Of a stretch of 64,000 nt of DNA, positions 10,466 to 21,124 are shown in pieces. Each line of letters opens with the position of its first letter. Positions within the stretch are counted from its first letter, which is position 1. Below the pieces are notes generated by a model. The model saw nothing but the letters and a program-made list of their open reading frames with translations. It was not told the origin of the DNA and searched no databases. Origin of the DNA: an uncultured Gemmatimonadales bacterium. GTDB taxonomy: Bacteria; Gemmatimonadota; Gemmatimonadetes; Longimicrobiales; RSA9. The position numbers and the translations under genes were made by a program. The DNA lies in NCBI GenBank assembly GCA_963798845.1, contig CAWCUS010000004.1:416001-480000 (forward strand), given 5' to 3'.

Positions 10466-11083
10466 TCAGCCGACAGCGCGCAGGTCGGCGGAGTAGATGT
10501 GCCACCGTCGCTCAGCTTCACTGGCGCCTTCCACCACGGCCCGGCGCAGCGTAAAGCTGCCGCGGAACTGCTGCCGCTCGCCGGAGTCCGTCACCGCGCT
10601 GACGACCACCGGGATCTCGACGTACCACGAGCCCGCCGCGCCCTCGACCCGGCCGGGCGTGCCGATGTCGACGCGAACGCGATCGGTGTGCGCGAATCCG
10701 GCCGCGAACTCGTCGAACGTCTGGCGGCTGTCGCGCCCCTGGTCCCCCCAGAGCCCGTAGGCGACCCGGTACCTCCGCTCGGCGATCGCGCGGTAGTAGC
10801 GGCGGATGACGTCCGCAGCCGTGTCGGCGGTGGATGGCGCCGCCGCTCGGCCCCGGCTCGAGTCCCGGGCTGCCCGGATCGGCGCGTCCGCGGTGGCATG
10901 CGGAGATGCGCTCTGCGTTGCCGGTCCTGAATCGGTGGAAGCCGTCAGCGCTGCCCCGTCCGAGTCCGACGTGGCGGCTCCCCGACCGGATGCGGCGGGG
11001 CGGCCGCACGCGGGGACGGCCGCGGCCGTGATCGAGGCGAGCAGCAGTGTCGTGACACGGGCTGGGGGGCTCGGTGGTCTCAT
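10466..11083 (-). CDS. Putative lipoprotein, unknown function
   Basis: Lipobox-like VPAC, Ala/Ser-rich linker, globular C-terminal part (IRRYYRAI..AYGLW..EGAAGSWYVEIPV). Confidence 0.65.
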   Translation of the reverse strand: MRPPSPPARVTTLLLASITAAAVPACGRPAASGRGAATSDSDGAALTASTDSGPATQSASPHATADAPIRAARDSSRGRAAAPSTADTAADVIRRYYRAIAERRYRVAYGLWGDQGRDSRQTFDEFAAGFAHTDRVRVDIGTPGRVEGAAGSWYVEIPVVVSAVTDSGERQQFRGSFTLRRAVVEGASEAERRWHIYSADLRAVG

Positions 11084-11152
11084 GACGGGGCGAACGGGCA
11101 ACAACCCTGCCGCGGAGTCGAAAGCGACCCCGCCCGGTCGTGCCGCCGACGC

Positions 11153-12164
11153 TCAGTCCGGCCGTTCGAAGTCCATCGTCCAGATCGGCAGCCACGATCC
11201 GTCGGGCTGACGGACCGCCAGCTCCCAGCCCGCTGCGGCGCCGGCGTGTATGAAGCGGATCCTGCGCTCCGGCATGACGTCGGTGGCCGCGGCGATGAAC
11301 TCGCCCTTCTCCCCTTCGAACGCTCCTTCGAACGGCGCGCCGAAGTCGCCGCTGAGCGTGTCGATCCAGTAGATCCGCCATTGCCCGCTCGAGGGGTCCA
11401 GGACGCGCAGGCTCGCGCCGCGGATCTCCTCCGGCGCCGCCATCCCCGCCCACGGCAGCAACACGGTCCCCTGCCAGCGTTCGACGAGCGCGCAGCCGTC
11501 GAGCCGGGTGACGACGTTGCGGGCAGGGAACGCGCGCGGACCGCCACGGTCGGCGATGATGTGCTGGGCGATGATCCAGTGCCCGGCCCAGAAGTCGAAG
11601 TCGCCGCGGCCGGTCGCGGCGCCGGCGCCGCAATCCGGGAGCGAGAGGTCGAGCGCCACGCGCCACGCGTCGCGCTCGCGGATCCAGACGGTCAGGTAGC
11701 GGCCCCCCGGGGTCGCCGCATCCGCGCCAGCAGCGGAAGGCATCACTCTCCGGCTCGACCCACCAGCGCCCGACCGTGTAGCCGAGGCTGTCCGGCCAGA
11801 GCATGGCCCCGGCATCGGGCTCCCAGCGGAAGCGCGCCCCGAGCTGCTCGAGCAGCGGCGCCACCGACGCGGCGGCGGCGGCCGGGCCCACCGCCTGAGC
11901 GCCGTCGCCGTCCTCCTTGCGACCGTTCTCCGCCCACACTTCGGCCCAGGCGGGGGCCCCGCGCCGCCGCGACTCGGCCGCGAACGCGCGGTCCGCGGCC
12001 AGGAGGGGGGCTGCGAGCGGCTCTTCCGGTGCGGCGGCCGCGGGGCGAGCGGGATCACCGCTGGCGGCTGGTGTGGCGGAGGCACACGCCGCGGCGAGGG
12101 ACAGGACCGGGATGCAGGTGAGGTTGCGGACGGACCGGCGGATCCGCTGTCGTGAGGTGCTCAT
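11153..12164 (-). CDS. Putative lipoprotein with SnoaL/DUF4440-like domain plus C-terminal beta-rich domain; frameshifted at about 11700-11750
   Basis: The N-part (LAAAC lipobox, AADRAFAA, WEP..LGYTVGRW) is in one frame. The expected continuation GRYLTVW..WRVALD and DFDFWAGHW is in the adjacent frame. Confidence 0.6.
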
Positions 12165-12264
12165 GTGAAAAGAACGTGCGAGGGGCTGGAGGTCACACGG
12201 CGGGGTGAATTCCGGGAAAGCGGCGTTGTGCGCCCGGCCGGGACGCGCGAGCGCCCGGCGGCGG

Positions 12265-13773
12265 TCAGGGAGTCGAATCGGCGGAGGGCAGGGTGAGCGT
12301 GAACGTGGATCCCCGGCCGGGTCGACTGCGTCCGACGAGATCGCCGTCCATGCCGCGGGCGAGGTCGCGGGAGATGGCGAGGCCCAGGCCGATCCCCTGC
12401 TGCGACTGCTGGGTCAGGTGCCGGTCCACCTGGATGAACGGCTCGAAGATCGACTCCAGCTTCTCGGGCTCGATGCCACGCCCGGTGTCGGTCACGGCGA
12501 ACGCAACGCGGTCCTCGCCAGCGCGGCGGCAGTCGAGGGTGATCCGGCCGGCGGGCTCGGTGAACTTGAGGGCGTTGGACAGGAGGTTGAGGAGGATCTG
12601 TCTGACCTTCTCCGCGTCGGCGAGCACTGCGCGGCAGTCGGGGCGGGCCCGGATCTGGAACGCGATCCCGGCCGTGCTGGCCTGGGGGGAGATGATGGCG
12701 TCCACGTCTTCGAGCAGCCCGGCCACGGGCACGGTCTCGACCTGGTACTCGACGTGCCCGGCCTCGAGCCGGGCGAAGTTGAGGACGTCGTTGATGAGAG
12801 CGAGAAGGTGCTGGTTCGAGCGCTTGATCCGGACGAGGTCCGCGCGCTGCTGGTCGCTCAACGGTCCGCGAATTCCCAGCTCCATCAGGTCGACGTAGCC
12901 GGCGATCGCGTTCAGCGGAGTGCGCAGCTCGTGAGACATCGCGCGGAGGAACTCGGTCTTCGCCCGGTTCGCTTCCTCGGCTGCCTCGCGGGCCAGCAGC
13001 TCTTCCGTGATGTCCGTGTTGGAGCCGAACCAGCGCGTCACGTTTCCGGCATGGTCGCGGATCGGGTTGGCGCGCGAAAGGAACCACCGGTACTCACCGT
13101 CGCGGCGGCGCAGCGGGAACGTGTCCTCCCACGGCTCGCCCGACTCGATGGCGTCGCGGAATCGCTGCACGACGCTCTCCACGTGGTCCGGGTGGTGCAC
13201 CGACTGCCAGCCCCAACCCTCCATCTCCGCGAGCGTGCTCCCAGTGTATTCGAACCAGCGGCGGTTGTACCAGAAGATCCACCCCTCCGCGTCGGTCATC
13301 CAGGCCAGCTGCGGGAGGTTGTCAGCCATCGTCCGGAACTGCTCCTCCGACTCGTGCAGCGCCCGTTCGGCCCGGACGCGATCGGTCTCGTCCGAGATAT
13401 GGACCGCGAGCCCCCACGGGTGCCCCTCTCCGTCGCTGAGGGGGCGATAGACGAAGTCGACGTAGCGGGTCTCAAACGAGCCGTCGGGCGCGCGGCTTCG
13501 CAGCGGTGTGCCCGAGCGCCGGACCTCCTCGCCCGTCTCGAAGGCGCGGTGGATGAGATCGAGGAAGCCCTGGTCCGCGAGCTCCGGCACGGCATCCGCG
13601 ACCCGTTCCCCGAGAAGGTCGCGGCCCCCCATCAGCTCGCGGTAGGCGTCGCTCACCGCCACGTACACGTGCTCCGGTCCCTCCAGCACGGCCGTGGCGG
13701 CGGGCACACGCGCAATGATCCGCTGCAGGGCCTCGTGCAGACGGTGTGACATCCTGTCCGGTGGGGAGGTCAA
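12265..13773 (-). CDS. Cytoplasmic PAS-PAS sensor histidine kinase
   Basis: Two PAS domains, H-box MSHELRTPLNAI, N-box NLLSNALKFT, DTGRGI and GIGLGL boxes; start may be 13752. Confidence 0.93.
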   Translation of the reverse strand: MTSPPDRMSHRLHEALQRIIARVPAATAVLEGPEHVYVAVSDAYRELMGGRDLLGERVADAVPELADQGFLDLIHRAFETGEEVRRSGTPLRSRAPDGSFETRYVDFVYRPLSDGEGHPWGLAVHISDETDRVRAERALHESEEQFRTMADNLPQLAWMTDAEGWIFWYNRRWFEYTGSTLAEMEGWGWQSVHHPDHVESVVQRFRDAIESGEPWEDTFPLRRRDGEYRWFLSRANPIRDHAGNVTRWFGSNTDITEELLAREAAEEANRAKTEFLRAMSHELRTPLNAIAGYVDLMELGIRGPLSDQQRADLVRIKRSNQHLLALINDVLNFARLEAGHVEYQVETVPVAGLLEDVDAIISPQASTAGIAFQIRARPDCRAVLADAEKVRQILLNLLSNALKFTEPAGRITLDCRRAGEDRVAFAVTDTGRGIEPEKLESIFEPFIQVDRHLTQQSQQGIGLGLAISRDLARGMDGDLVGRSRPGRGSTFTLTLPSADSTP

Positions 13774-14105
13774 AATCGCGTAGGATCGGGTCGATGACGC
13801 CGGACGCCCGGCAGACGGCTATCGCGGGGCCCAGCGTGCTGCAGCGAAGTCCCGGCCCGCGCGCGGCAGCGGCGGTCGGCGGCCGCGCAAGCACCGTGCC
13901 CGCCGGCGCGTCCACACCGGGGCAGCGCGCGCCGCGCGCGGTGGGGGCCGACCGGGTTCTCGCGCGGTCCGCGAGCAATGTCCCGGATCTTGCATGCGCG
14001 CCCGGGCTCCACGAAATCGCGGACGGGATCGAAAGGCAGGATGGCGACGCGGGCAGGGCGGAAGATCGCGGGTCAGGTGGTGATCCGGCGCCTGTCGGAG
14101 GGCGG

Positions 14106-15737
14106 ATGAGGCCAGCCGCGCTGGACGGGGCGGGGGCCGGCGGGGGGTGGGTGGACCGAGCGCGGGAAGGCAGGGACGTAGCCGGCGCGCGGGCGATCAC
14201 CGTGCTGGTGGTGGCGATCGCGGCCGTGGCGCGGCTGATCCTGGCGAGGCTGGTCCCGCTCTTTCCGGACGAGGCCTACTACTGGGACTGGTCTCGCCAC
14301 ATCGCCGCGGGCTATTTCGACCACCCGCCCGGGATCGCGCTGGCGATCCGAGCGGGGACGGCGGTGCTCGGCCCGACCCCGCTCGGCGTCCGCGTCGGGC
14401 CCATATTGCTGGGGGCAGTGGGGGCGCTGGCCGTGGCGGGCGTCGCACGGCGGGTGGCGGGGGACCGGGCTGGCCTGGTGGCGGCGATCATCGCTTCGGT
14501 GACGCCGCTCGCCGCCGCGGGATTCACCCTGGCGACGCCGGACGCGCCGCTCCTCGCCTTCCAGGCTCTGGGCCTCCATGCGGTCGTGCGAGCGCTCGGC
14601 CACCGGTCGGGCTCGAAGCGCGCCACGGCATGGTGGCTGGCTGCCGGGGTCGCGCTGGGCGCCGCGCTGGTGTCCAAGTACACCGCCGTGCTCTTCCCGG
14701 CCGCGGTGCTGTTGGCGATGGTGGCGTGGCGGGACCTGCGCGTCCGGCTGCGGGAGCCGGGCCCCTGGCTCGCCGCGCTCGTGGCACTCGCCGTCTTCCT
14801 GCCCGTGGTGCTCTGGAACGCGCAGCACGGGTGGGTCTCCTTCCTGTTCCAGATCCGCCATGGCCTCGGCGAGGGAGCGGGGAACGTGGCCGACGTCGTC
14901 GGCCGTGAGCTCGAGCTCCTGGGCGGTCAGGCGGGGCTGTTCTCACCTGTCCTGCTGGTCCTGGGCGGCCTGGCCGTTGCGGCCGCGCTCACCTCGCGGT
15001 CCGCCCCGTCCGTCCGTGTCATGGCGGTCACCGCGCTGGTCCCGCTCGGGTTCTTCGCGTACTCGGCGCTGTCGAAGCGGGTGGAGGCGAACTGGCCGGC
15101 GGTCGCGTATCCATCGCTCATCCCGCTGATCGCGGTGACTCCCTGGCGGGAACGCGGGCGGCGGTGGCTGCGTGGCGGCATCGCACTGGCGGGCGCGCTC
15201 TCGCTGGTGGTGTACGCGCAGGCCGCGGCGCCCGTCCTGCCGCTGCGCGGCGCGCGCGACCCGATCGCCCGCGCCGTGGGCTGGGATGCCGTCGCCCGGT
15301 CCGTCGACTCCACCGCCGCGGAGCTGCGCCCGAGGTCCGGAGCGGGGCGGGTGTGGATCGCGGGCACGCGCTACCAGATGGCGGCTCAGCTCGCGTTCCT
15401 GGCGCGGGGCCGGCCGCGGACGTTCGCAATCGGCAGCTGGCGCCCGAGCGAGTACTCCCTCCAGCCGGGGCTTCCGGAGGTCGCCCGACATGATGACGCC
15501 CTGATCCTCGCCGCGCCCGACGAAGTCCCGGGGCCCGCGGTCATCGACAGTCTGCGGGGATGCTTCGGGTCCGTGCGGCCGGGGGCGCGGGTGACGGTGC
15601 GTCGCGGCGACGACGTGGTCCGGCAGGCGAGGCTCTGGGTTTTCGACGGGTGGAAGGGCGGCTGCACGGAGGCGGGCGCGCTCGCCACCGGAGGGGCTCG
15701 CGCACGCGGCGCAGACGCGCGTCTCCCCGGCTCCTGA
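14106..15737 (+). CDS. GT39/ArnT-like (PMT_2) membrane glycosyltransferase
   Basis: PDEAYYWDWS..GYFDHPP, TPDAP, SKYT, WNAQHGWVSF motifs; many TM segments; GGAGG RBS before ATG 14106. Confidence 0.88.
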   Translation: MRPAALDGAGAGGGWVDRAREGRDVAGARAITVLVVAIAAVARLILARLVPLFPDEAYYWDWSRHIAAGYFDHPPGIALAIRAGTAVLGPTPLGVRVGPILLGAVGALAVAGVARRVAGDRAGLVAAIIASVTPLAAAGFTLATPDAPLLAFQALGLHAVVRALGHRSGSKRATAWWLAAGVALGAALVSKYTAVLFPAAVLLAMVAWRDLRVRLREPGPWLAALVALAVFLPVVLWNAQHGWVSFLFQIRHGLGEGAGNVADVVGRELELLGGQAGLFSPVLLVLGGLAVAAALTSRSAPSVRVMAVTALVPLGFFAYSALSKRVEANWPAVAYPSLIPLIAVTPWRERGRRWLRGGIALAGALSLVVYAQAAAPVLPLRGARDPIARAVGWDAVARSVDSTAAELRPRSGAGRVWIAGTRYQMAAQLAFLARGRPRTFAIGSWRPSEYSLQPGLPEVARHDDALILAAPDEVPGPAVIDSLRGCFGSVRPGARVTVRRGDDVVRQARLWVFDGWKGGCTEAGALATGGARARGADARLPGS

Positions 15738-15857
15738 AGGCTGGTGTAGCCCCCGCGGCCCGTGCTCTCGGGGGGTCGCGGGATCGTCACTGTCCTTGCC
15801 GCGTCCTGGCGCGGGCGCGCATGTTGGAGCGTCGAGAAATCCCCGCCTCCCCGCTCC

Positions 15858-17732
15858 ATGGACAATCCAGCCCCGCCGCGATACAGCCTTCTCGCCGAGC
15901 TGAAGCGTCGCCACGTATTTCGCGTGGTGGCTGGCTATGCGGCGGTCGCGTTCGCCACGCTTCAGCTGGCGGACGTGGTCATCGATCCGCTGGGGCTTCC
16001 GCAGTGGGCCATGCGAGCGCTGGTGGTGGCGACCATCGGGGGATTCCCCGTGGCTGTGGCGCTTGCGTGGTTCTTCGACATCACCTCCGCGGGCGTTCGC
16101 CGCACTTCGGACGTCGGCGACGCGGCGGGCGCGAGAGGGCTCTCGCGGCGCGCCCTCCTGGCCGGGGCGGCCGCTTCCGTCGTGGTGGCGGCGGGGGCGT
16201 ACGCGGTGGCGCGTCCGGCAGCGCTCGGTCCGGGTGACCCGCTGGAGTCGGTGGCCGTCCTGCCGTTCGTCGACATGAGCTCCGCGGGTGACCAGGAATA
16301 CTTCAGCGATGGGATGACGGAAGAGCTGCTGAACGCGCTCGCGAAGGTGGAAGGTCTGCGCGTGGCCTCACGGACCTCGGCCGCCCGCTTCCGTGGGCAG
16401 GACGTCGACGTCCGGGACGTGGGTCGTTCGCTGAACGTACGAGCCGTGTTCGAAGGAAGCGTGCGGCGGGACGGTGAGCAGCTGCGCGTGACGGCGCAGC
16501 TCATCGACGCCGCCACGGGATACCATCTCTGGTCGGAGGCGTTCGACGCGAAGCTCGAGGATGTCTTCGCCGTGCAGGAGCGGGTCGCCGGGGAGATCGT
16601 GCGGCGGCTGGGGCTGGAGTCCCGCGCTGGCGACGCGCAGGTGAACGCTGCCACCCGGGACATGGCCGCATACGACCATTATCTCCGTGGCAACTACCAC
16701 CTGGCTCGCCGGACCCCCGTGGACGTGCGGCGGGCGCTGCAAGACTATTCCGAAGCGCTGCGGATCGATCCTGGCTTCCGCAAGGCGATGCTGAGACAGG
16801 CGTACGCCTACGCCATCTGGGTTGACTGGGGCTGGCCCGACCCGCCGGCGTCGACGGGCGAGCTGATCCAGCGGGGCGAGGCGCTGGCCCGGCGGGCGCT
16901 GGCGCGGGAGCCGGACGACGCGGAGGGCTGGCTCGTCCGCGCCTATCTGCGCGTCGTGGCGGATCCATACGACATGGCGGGGGCGCCGGAGCTGTTCGAG
17001 CGCGCGGTCGGCCTCGCACCGACGGACCCGGAGATCCTCCACCAGTACGGCCAGACTCTGACGGCGCTCGGTCGGTTCGCCGAGGCCCGTTCGGCCTACC
17101 ACCGTGCGCTCGAGGCGGACCCACTCCGATCAATGACGCTCGTCCCCATGGCCGCGATGGACTACTACTCGCGGCGCTTCGACAGGTCGATGCGCTGGGC
17201 GGACAGCGCCGTGGCCGTGGACCCGGCGAATCCGTATGCACGGGCGCACCGGGCGGCCGAGCGGGTGACCGGCGGAGACGTGGAAGGGGCGCTGGAGGAC
17301 GTCGGCGTGGCGCTCGATGCAACGCAGGGCCACGCCGTCCCGGTTCTCGGCATCGCCGCCGTGGTCCACGCGGCCGCGGGGGACACGGCGGGCGCGCTCG
17401 ACTTCGCCGCTCGCGCGGAAGAGAAGGCAGGGGAGCGCATCAGCCCCACGGAAGGTTTCTTCCTGGGCATGGCGTGGACGCATGCCGGGAGGAAGGACAG
17501 GGCCATGGCCGAGCTGCGGCGGGTCGAGCCGAGGGGGGCCTGGCTCTGGTTCTACATGCAAACGCCGGAGCTCGATCCGCTGCGGGAGGATCGCTCGTTC
17601 GTGGAAATCGTCCGGCAAGCCGACCCGCGGACGGCCGCGAGCCGGGCCAACGGGCCGTTCATCGCCGGGCCGCTGCGCCAGGGTGCGGAGGACGACAACA
17701 CCCCGCAGCCCGTTCAGGCCGGCTCACCCTAG
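15858..17732 (+). CDS. Membrane-anchored TolB-like/TPR protein
   Basis: ELKRRHVFRV TM anchor, SVAVLPFVDMS..QEYFSDGMTEELLNAL domain, followed by TPR repeats. Confidence 0.82.
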   Translation: MDNPAPPRYSLLAELKRRHVFRVVAGYAAVAFATLQLADVVIDPLGLPQWAMRALVVATIGGFPVAVALAWFFDITSAGVRRTSDVGDAAGARGLSRRALLAGAAASVVVAAGAYAVARPAALGPGDPLESVAVLPFVDMSSAGDQEYFSDGMTEELLNALAKVEGLRVASRTSAARFRGQDVDVRDVGRSLNVRAVFEGSVRRDGEQLRVTAQLIDAATGYHLWSEAFDAKLEDVFAVQERVAGEIVRRLGLESRAGDAQVNAATRDMAAYDHYLRGNYHLARRTPVDVRRALQDYSEALRIDPGFRKAMLRQAYAYAIWVDWGWPDPPASTGELIQRGEALARRALAREPDDAEGWLVRAYLRVVADPYDMAGAPELFERAVGLAPTDPEILHQYGQTLTALGRFAEARSAYHRALEADPLRSMTLVPMAAMDYYSRRFDRSMRWADSAVAVDPANPYARAHRAAERVTGGDVEGALEDVGVALDATQGHAVPVLGIAAVVHAAAGDTAGALDFAARAEEKAGERISPTEGFFLGMAWTHAGRKDRAMAELRRVEPRGAWLWFYMQTPELDPLREDRSFVEIVRQADPRTAASRANGPFIAGPLRQGAEDDNTPQPVQAGSP

Positions 17733-18916
17733 CAGCCTTCGCCCGGCTCCCCGGCGGCGGACTCGACGCTGGCCCCCGCGGCCGCCCGACAGACGTAGGC
17801 GGCCGCCTGGTGCCCCGTGGCCTCCCGGTAGAGGCGGTTGACCTCCCGGGCGAACCCCTCACCCTGCGGGCCCTCCACCAGTGCGATCGCGCAGCCGCCG
17901 AAGCCGGCGCCGGTCATGCGCGCTCCGAAGCAGCCCGGCTGTTCGCGCGCGATGGCGACCATCGTGTCCAGAGCGTCGGTGCTCACCTCGAAGTCGGCAC
18001 GCAGGCTGGCGTGGCTGGCGTCCATGAGCGCGCCGAGACGGGCGACGTCGCCGGCGCCGAGGGCCTCCGCGGCCTCGAGCGTCCGGGCGTTTTCGGTGAT
18101 CACGTGCCGGGCGCGCCGGTAGACGGTCGGATCCAGCCGGTCTCTCGCCGCTTCCAGCCGCGCCGCGTCGGCGTCGCGGAGCGCGGGGACGCCCAGGCGG
18201 GCGGCGGCCTCGACGCACTGCCGGCGGCGCTCGTTGTACGCGGAGCCCACCAGTCCCCTGCGTGTGCCCGTGTCCAGGACCACCAGCGCCAGCCGTGATG
18301 GGAGCGGAGTGGGCGCGATCTGGAGCGTGCGGCAGTCGATGAGGAGGGCGTGGTCCCGCTCGCCGGCGGCGACCGCGAGCTGGTCCATGATCCCGGAGCT
18401 CACGCCGACCCACTCGTTCTCGACCCGTCGCCCGAGCGTGGCGGCTTCCAGGGGCTTCCAGGGCAGGTCGGCGAGCGCCGAGAACACGCGCAGGGTGGCG
18501 ATCTCCAGGGAGGCGGACGACGACAGTCCGGCGCCCACGGGCACGTCGCTGGCCACGACGCCCTCCCACCCCCGCAGCCGGCGCCCTGGCTCGGCGAGCG
18601 CCCACGCCACCCCCTTCACGTACTCGAGCCAGCCATCGCCGCCGCGGTGGAGGTCGGCGAGGTCGATGGCGCCCTCGTCGCCGAACTCGACGGAGAGGGC
18701 GCGCACGGTCGCGTCCTGGCGCGGGCGGAGCCCGATCCACAGCTCGCGGTCGATCGCGGCCGGAAAGACGAAGCCGTCGTTGTAGTCCGTGTGCTCGCCG
18801 ATGAGGTTCACGCGTCCCGGCGCGCGCACCAGGAGGTCGGGGTCGGCGGCGAAGCGCTGCCGGAATGCCGCCCGGACACGGTCGCGGGCGGACGGGGGTG
18901 CGGGCGTGGCCGTCAC
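17729..18916 (-). CDS. galK: Galactokinase
   Basis: APGRVNLIGEHTDYNDG, PVGAGLSSSA, GIMDQ, GARMTGAGFGG. Confidence 0.96.
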   Translation of the reverse strand: MTATPAPPSARDRVRAAFRQRFAADPDLLVRAPGRVNLIGEHTDYNDGFVFPAAIDRELWIGLRPRQDATVRALSVEFGDEGAIDLADLHRGGDGWLEYVKGVAWALAEPGRRLRGWEGVVASDVPVGAGLSSSASLEIATLRVFSALADLPWKPLEAATLGRRVENEWVGVSSGIMDQLAVAAGERDHALLIDCRTLQIAPTPLPSRLALVVLDTGTRRGLVGSAYNERRRQCVEAAARLGVPALRDADAARLEAARDRLDPTVYRRARHVITENARTLEAAEALGAGDVARLGALMDASHASLRADFEVSTDALDTMVAIAREQPGCFGARMTGAGFGGCAIALVEGPQGEGFAREVNRLYREATGHQAAAYVCRAAAGASVESAAGEPGEGC

Positions 18917-19064
18917 TCGACTCCTCCGTGGTCGCGGAAGCGGTGGCCTGCGAGCGGAAAAGGTAATGCTGGTGGGAGGCGTTCGCTCGTGCTAGCATGG
19001 TCCGGTCCGCACGGCGCGGACGCAACCGCGGCGACCCGCACACCGTCTCCCCACGACCTCTGCC

Positions 19065-20756
19065 ATGGACATCAACGCCCACCTGACGTTCATCGACTAC
19101 GCCATCCTGCTGACCTATTTCGCGTTCGTGCTCGGGATCGGCTGGATGCTGAAGCGGTACATGAAGTCCTCCACGGACTTCTTCCTGTCCGGCCGCAGCA
19201 TCCCCGCGTGGGTAGCCGGTCTGGCGTTCCTGTCGGCCAACCTGGGGGCGCAGGAAGTGATCGGGATGGGCGCATCGGGCGCCAAGTACGGGATCGCCAC
19301 GAGCCACTTCTACTGGATCGGCGCCATCCCGGCCATGGTCTTCGTGGGCCTCTTCATGATGCCGTTCTACTACGGCTCCCGCGCCCGCAGCGTCCCGGAG
19401 TACCTGAAGCTGCGCTTCGACGAGAAGACCCGGGCCTTCAACGCCGGCTCCTTCGCCGTGATGACGCTCTTCTCGTCCGGGATCTCCATGCACGTGATGG
19501 CGGAGCTGCTCCGCCTGCTGCTGGGCTGGAACTACAACTTCAGCATCGCGATCTCCGCCCTCATCGTCCTCTTCTACATCTTCCTGGGCGGGCTGACGTC
19601 GGCGATCTACAACGAGGTGCTGCAGTTCTTCCTCATCGTGCTGGGCTTCATCCCGCTGGTCTACATCGGGCTGCGCGACGTGGGCGGCTGGTCCGGCATC
19701 GTCGCCCGGCTCCCGACCAACATGGTGCACTCGTGGAGCGAGATGGGGTCGGCGTCGGCGAATCCGATGGGCGTGGAATGGTTCGGTCTCATCTTCGGAC
19801 TCGGCTTCGTGCTGAGCTTCGGGTACTGGTGCACCGACTTCCTCGTGGTCCAGCGGGCCATGGCCGCGGACTCCATGAGCTCCGCACGACGCACCCCGCT
19901 GATCGCGGCGGTGCCCAAGATGCTGTTCCCGTTCCTGGTCATTGTCCCCGGCATCATCGCCATGGCGCTCACGCAGGGCGGCGGACTGTCCGGCTACACG
20001 CTGCCCATGAACGCCGCGGGGACGGGCTACGACTACAACATGGCCATCCCGTCCATGCTCCTGCACTACTTCCCGACCGGGCTGCTGGGCATCGGGCTGA
20101 CCGCGCTCATGGCCTCCTTCATGAGCGGGATGGCGGGGAACGTGACGGCGTTCAACACCGTGTGGACCTACGACCTCTACCAGTCCTACGTCCACAAGGG
20201 CGGAACGGACGAGCACTACCTGTGGATGGGCCGCGTGGCCACGGTCGCCGGGATCGCGCTCTCCGTGGTCACGGCGTACCTGGCGTCGGCGTTCAACAAC
20301 ATCATGGACATGCTCCAGCTGGTGTTCGCCTTCGTGAACGCGCCGCTCTTCGCCACCTTCCTGCTGGGCATGTTCTGGAAGCGGACGACGGGGCACGGCG
20401 CGTTCACCGGGCTGCTCTCCGGAACCCTGGCCGCCGCCCTGCACCACGGCCTCACGATCTCGGTCGGGAACACGGCCGGGGTAAAGGGGGCCTGGCTGGG
20501 CGGGGTGCTCCACACGTACCCGAGCGAGATGGCGCAGAGCTTCTGGACCGCGATCTGGGCGTGGTCGGTGTGCTTCGTGGTGACGATCCTCGTGACCCTC
20601 GTCACGCGACCGCGACCGGACAGCGAGATGGTGGGGCTGGTGTATTCGCTCACCGACCGGCCGGAGGCGGAGGAGATCCACTGGCACCAGAAGCCGGCGG
20701 TGCTGGCGGTGCTCGTGCTCGCGTTCGTGGTCGTGCTGAACATCATCTTCTTCTGA
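19065..20756 (+). CDS. Sodium:solute symporter (probable sugar/galactose transporter)
   Basis: DFFLSGRS, SANLGA, YWCTDFLVVQRAM; multi-TM; divergent from galK. Confidence 0.92.
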   Translation: MDINAHLTFIDYAILLTYFAFVLGIGWMLKRYMKSSTDFFLSGRSIPAWVAGLAFLSANLGAQEVIGMGASGAKYGIATSHFYWIGAIPAMVFVGLFMMPFYYGSRARSVPEYLKLRFDEKTRAFNAGSFAVMTLFSSGISMHVMAELLRLLLGWNYNFSIAISALIVLFYIFLGGLTSAIYNEVLQFFLIVLGFIPLVYIGLRDVGGWSGIVARLPTNMVHSWSEMGSASANPMGVEWFGLIFGLGFVLSFGYWCTDFLVVQRAMAADSMSSARRTPLIAAVPKMLFPFLVIVPGIIAMALTQGGGLSGYTLPMNAAGTGYDYNMAIPSMLLHYFPTGLLGIGLTALMASFMSGMAGNVTAFNTVWTYDLYQSYVHKGGTDEHYLWMGRVATVAGIALSVVTAYLASAFNNIMDMLQLVFAFVNAPLFATFLLGMFWKRTTGHGAFTGLLSGTLAAALHHGLTISVGNTAGVKGAWLGGVLHTYPSEMAQSFWTAIWAWSVCFVVTILVTLVTRPRPDSEMVGLVYSLTDRPEAEEIHWHQKPAVLAVLVLAFVVVLNIIFF

Positions 20757-20768
20757 CGGGACGGAAGC

Positions 20769-21044
20769 ATGGGACTCGACATCCGCACACCGATCGGCCT
20801 CATGTTCACCATCCTCGGGGTCATGGTGACGGGGTACGGCATCTTCTCCGACCGCGCCATCTACGAGCGCTCGCTGGGCATCAACGTGAACCTCTGGTGG
20901 GGCCTCGTCCTCCTCGTCTTCGGCCTCATCTTCCTCTACTTCGGGCGACGCGGGGGCAGCGCCATGCGCTCGGCCGCCACGACCCCCGAGGGCAGAGCGA
21001 CGGAGGCGAGGGAGCACGCGACAGGGGAGGAGCGGGAAGGGTGA
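20769..21044 (+). CDS. Small two-TM membrane protein co-transcribed with the SSS symporter
   Basis: MGLDIRTPIGLMF..GININ-like (GINVNLWWG) with two TM helices, 12 bp after the symporter. Confidence 0.78.
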   Translation: MGLDIRTPIGLMFTILGVMVTGYGIFSDRAIYERSLGINVNLWWGLVLLVFGLIFLYFGRRGGSAMRSAATTPEGRATEAREHATGEEREG

Positions 21045-21124
21045 GGGCGTGGAGCGGGGCGGACTTCCGCCGCCCCGCGCGGCCTTCGCGCTTCCGCGGG
21101 CTGGCCTGAAAGGACGCCCCCGGG

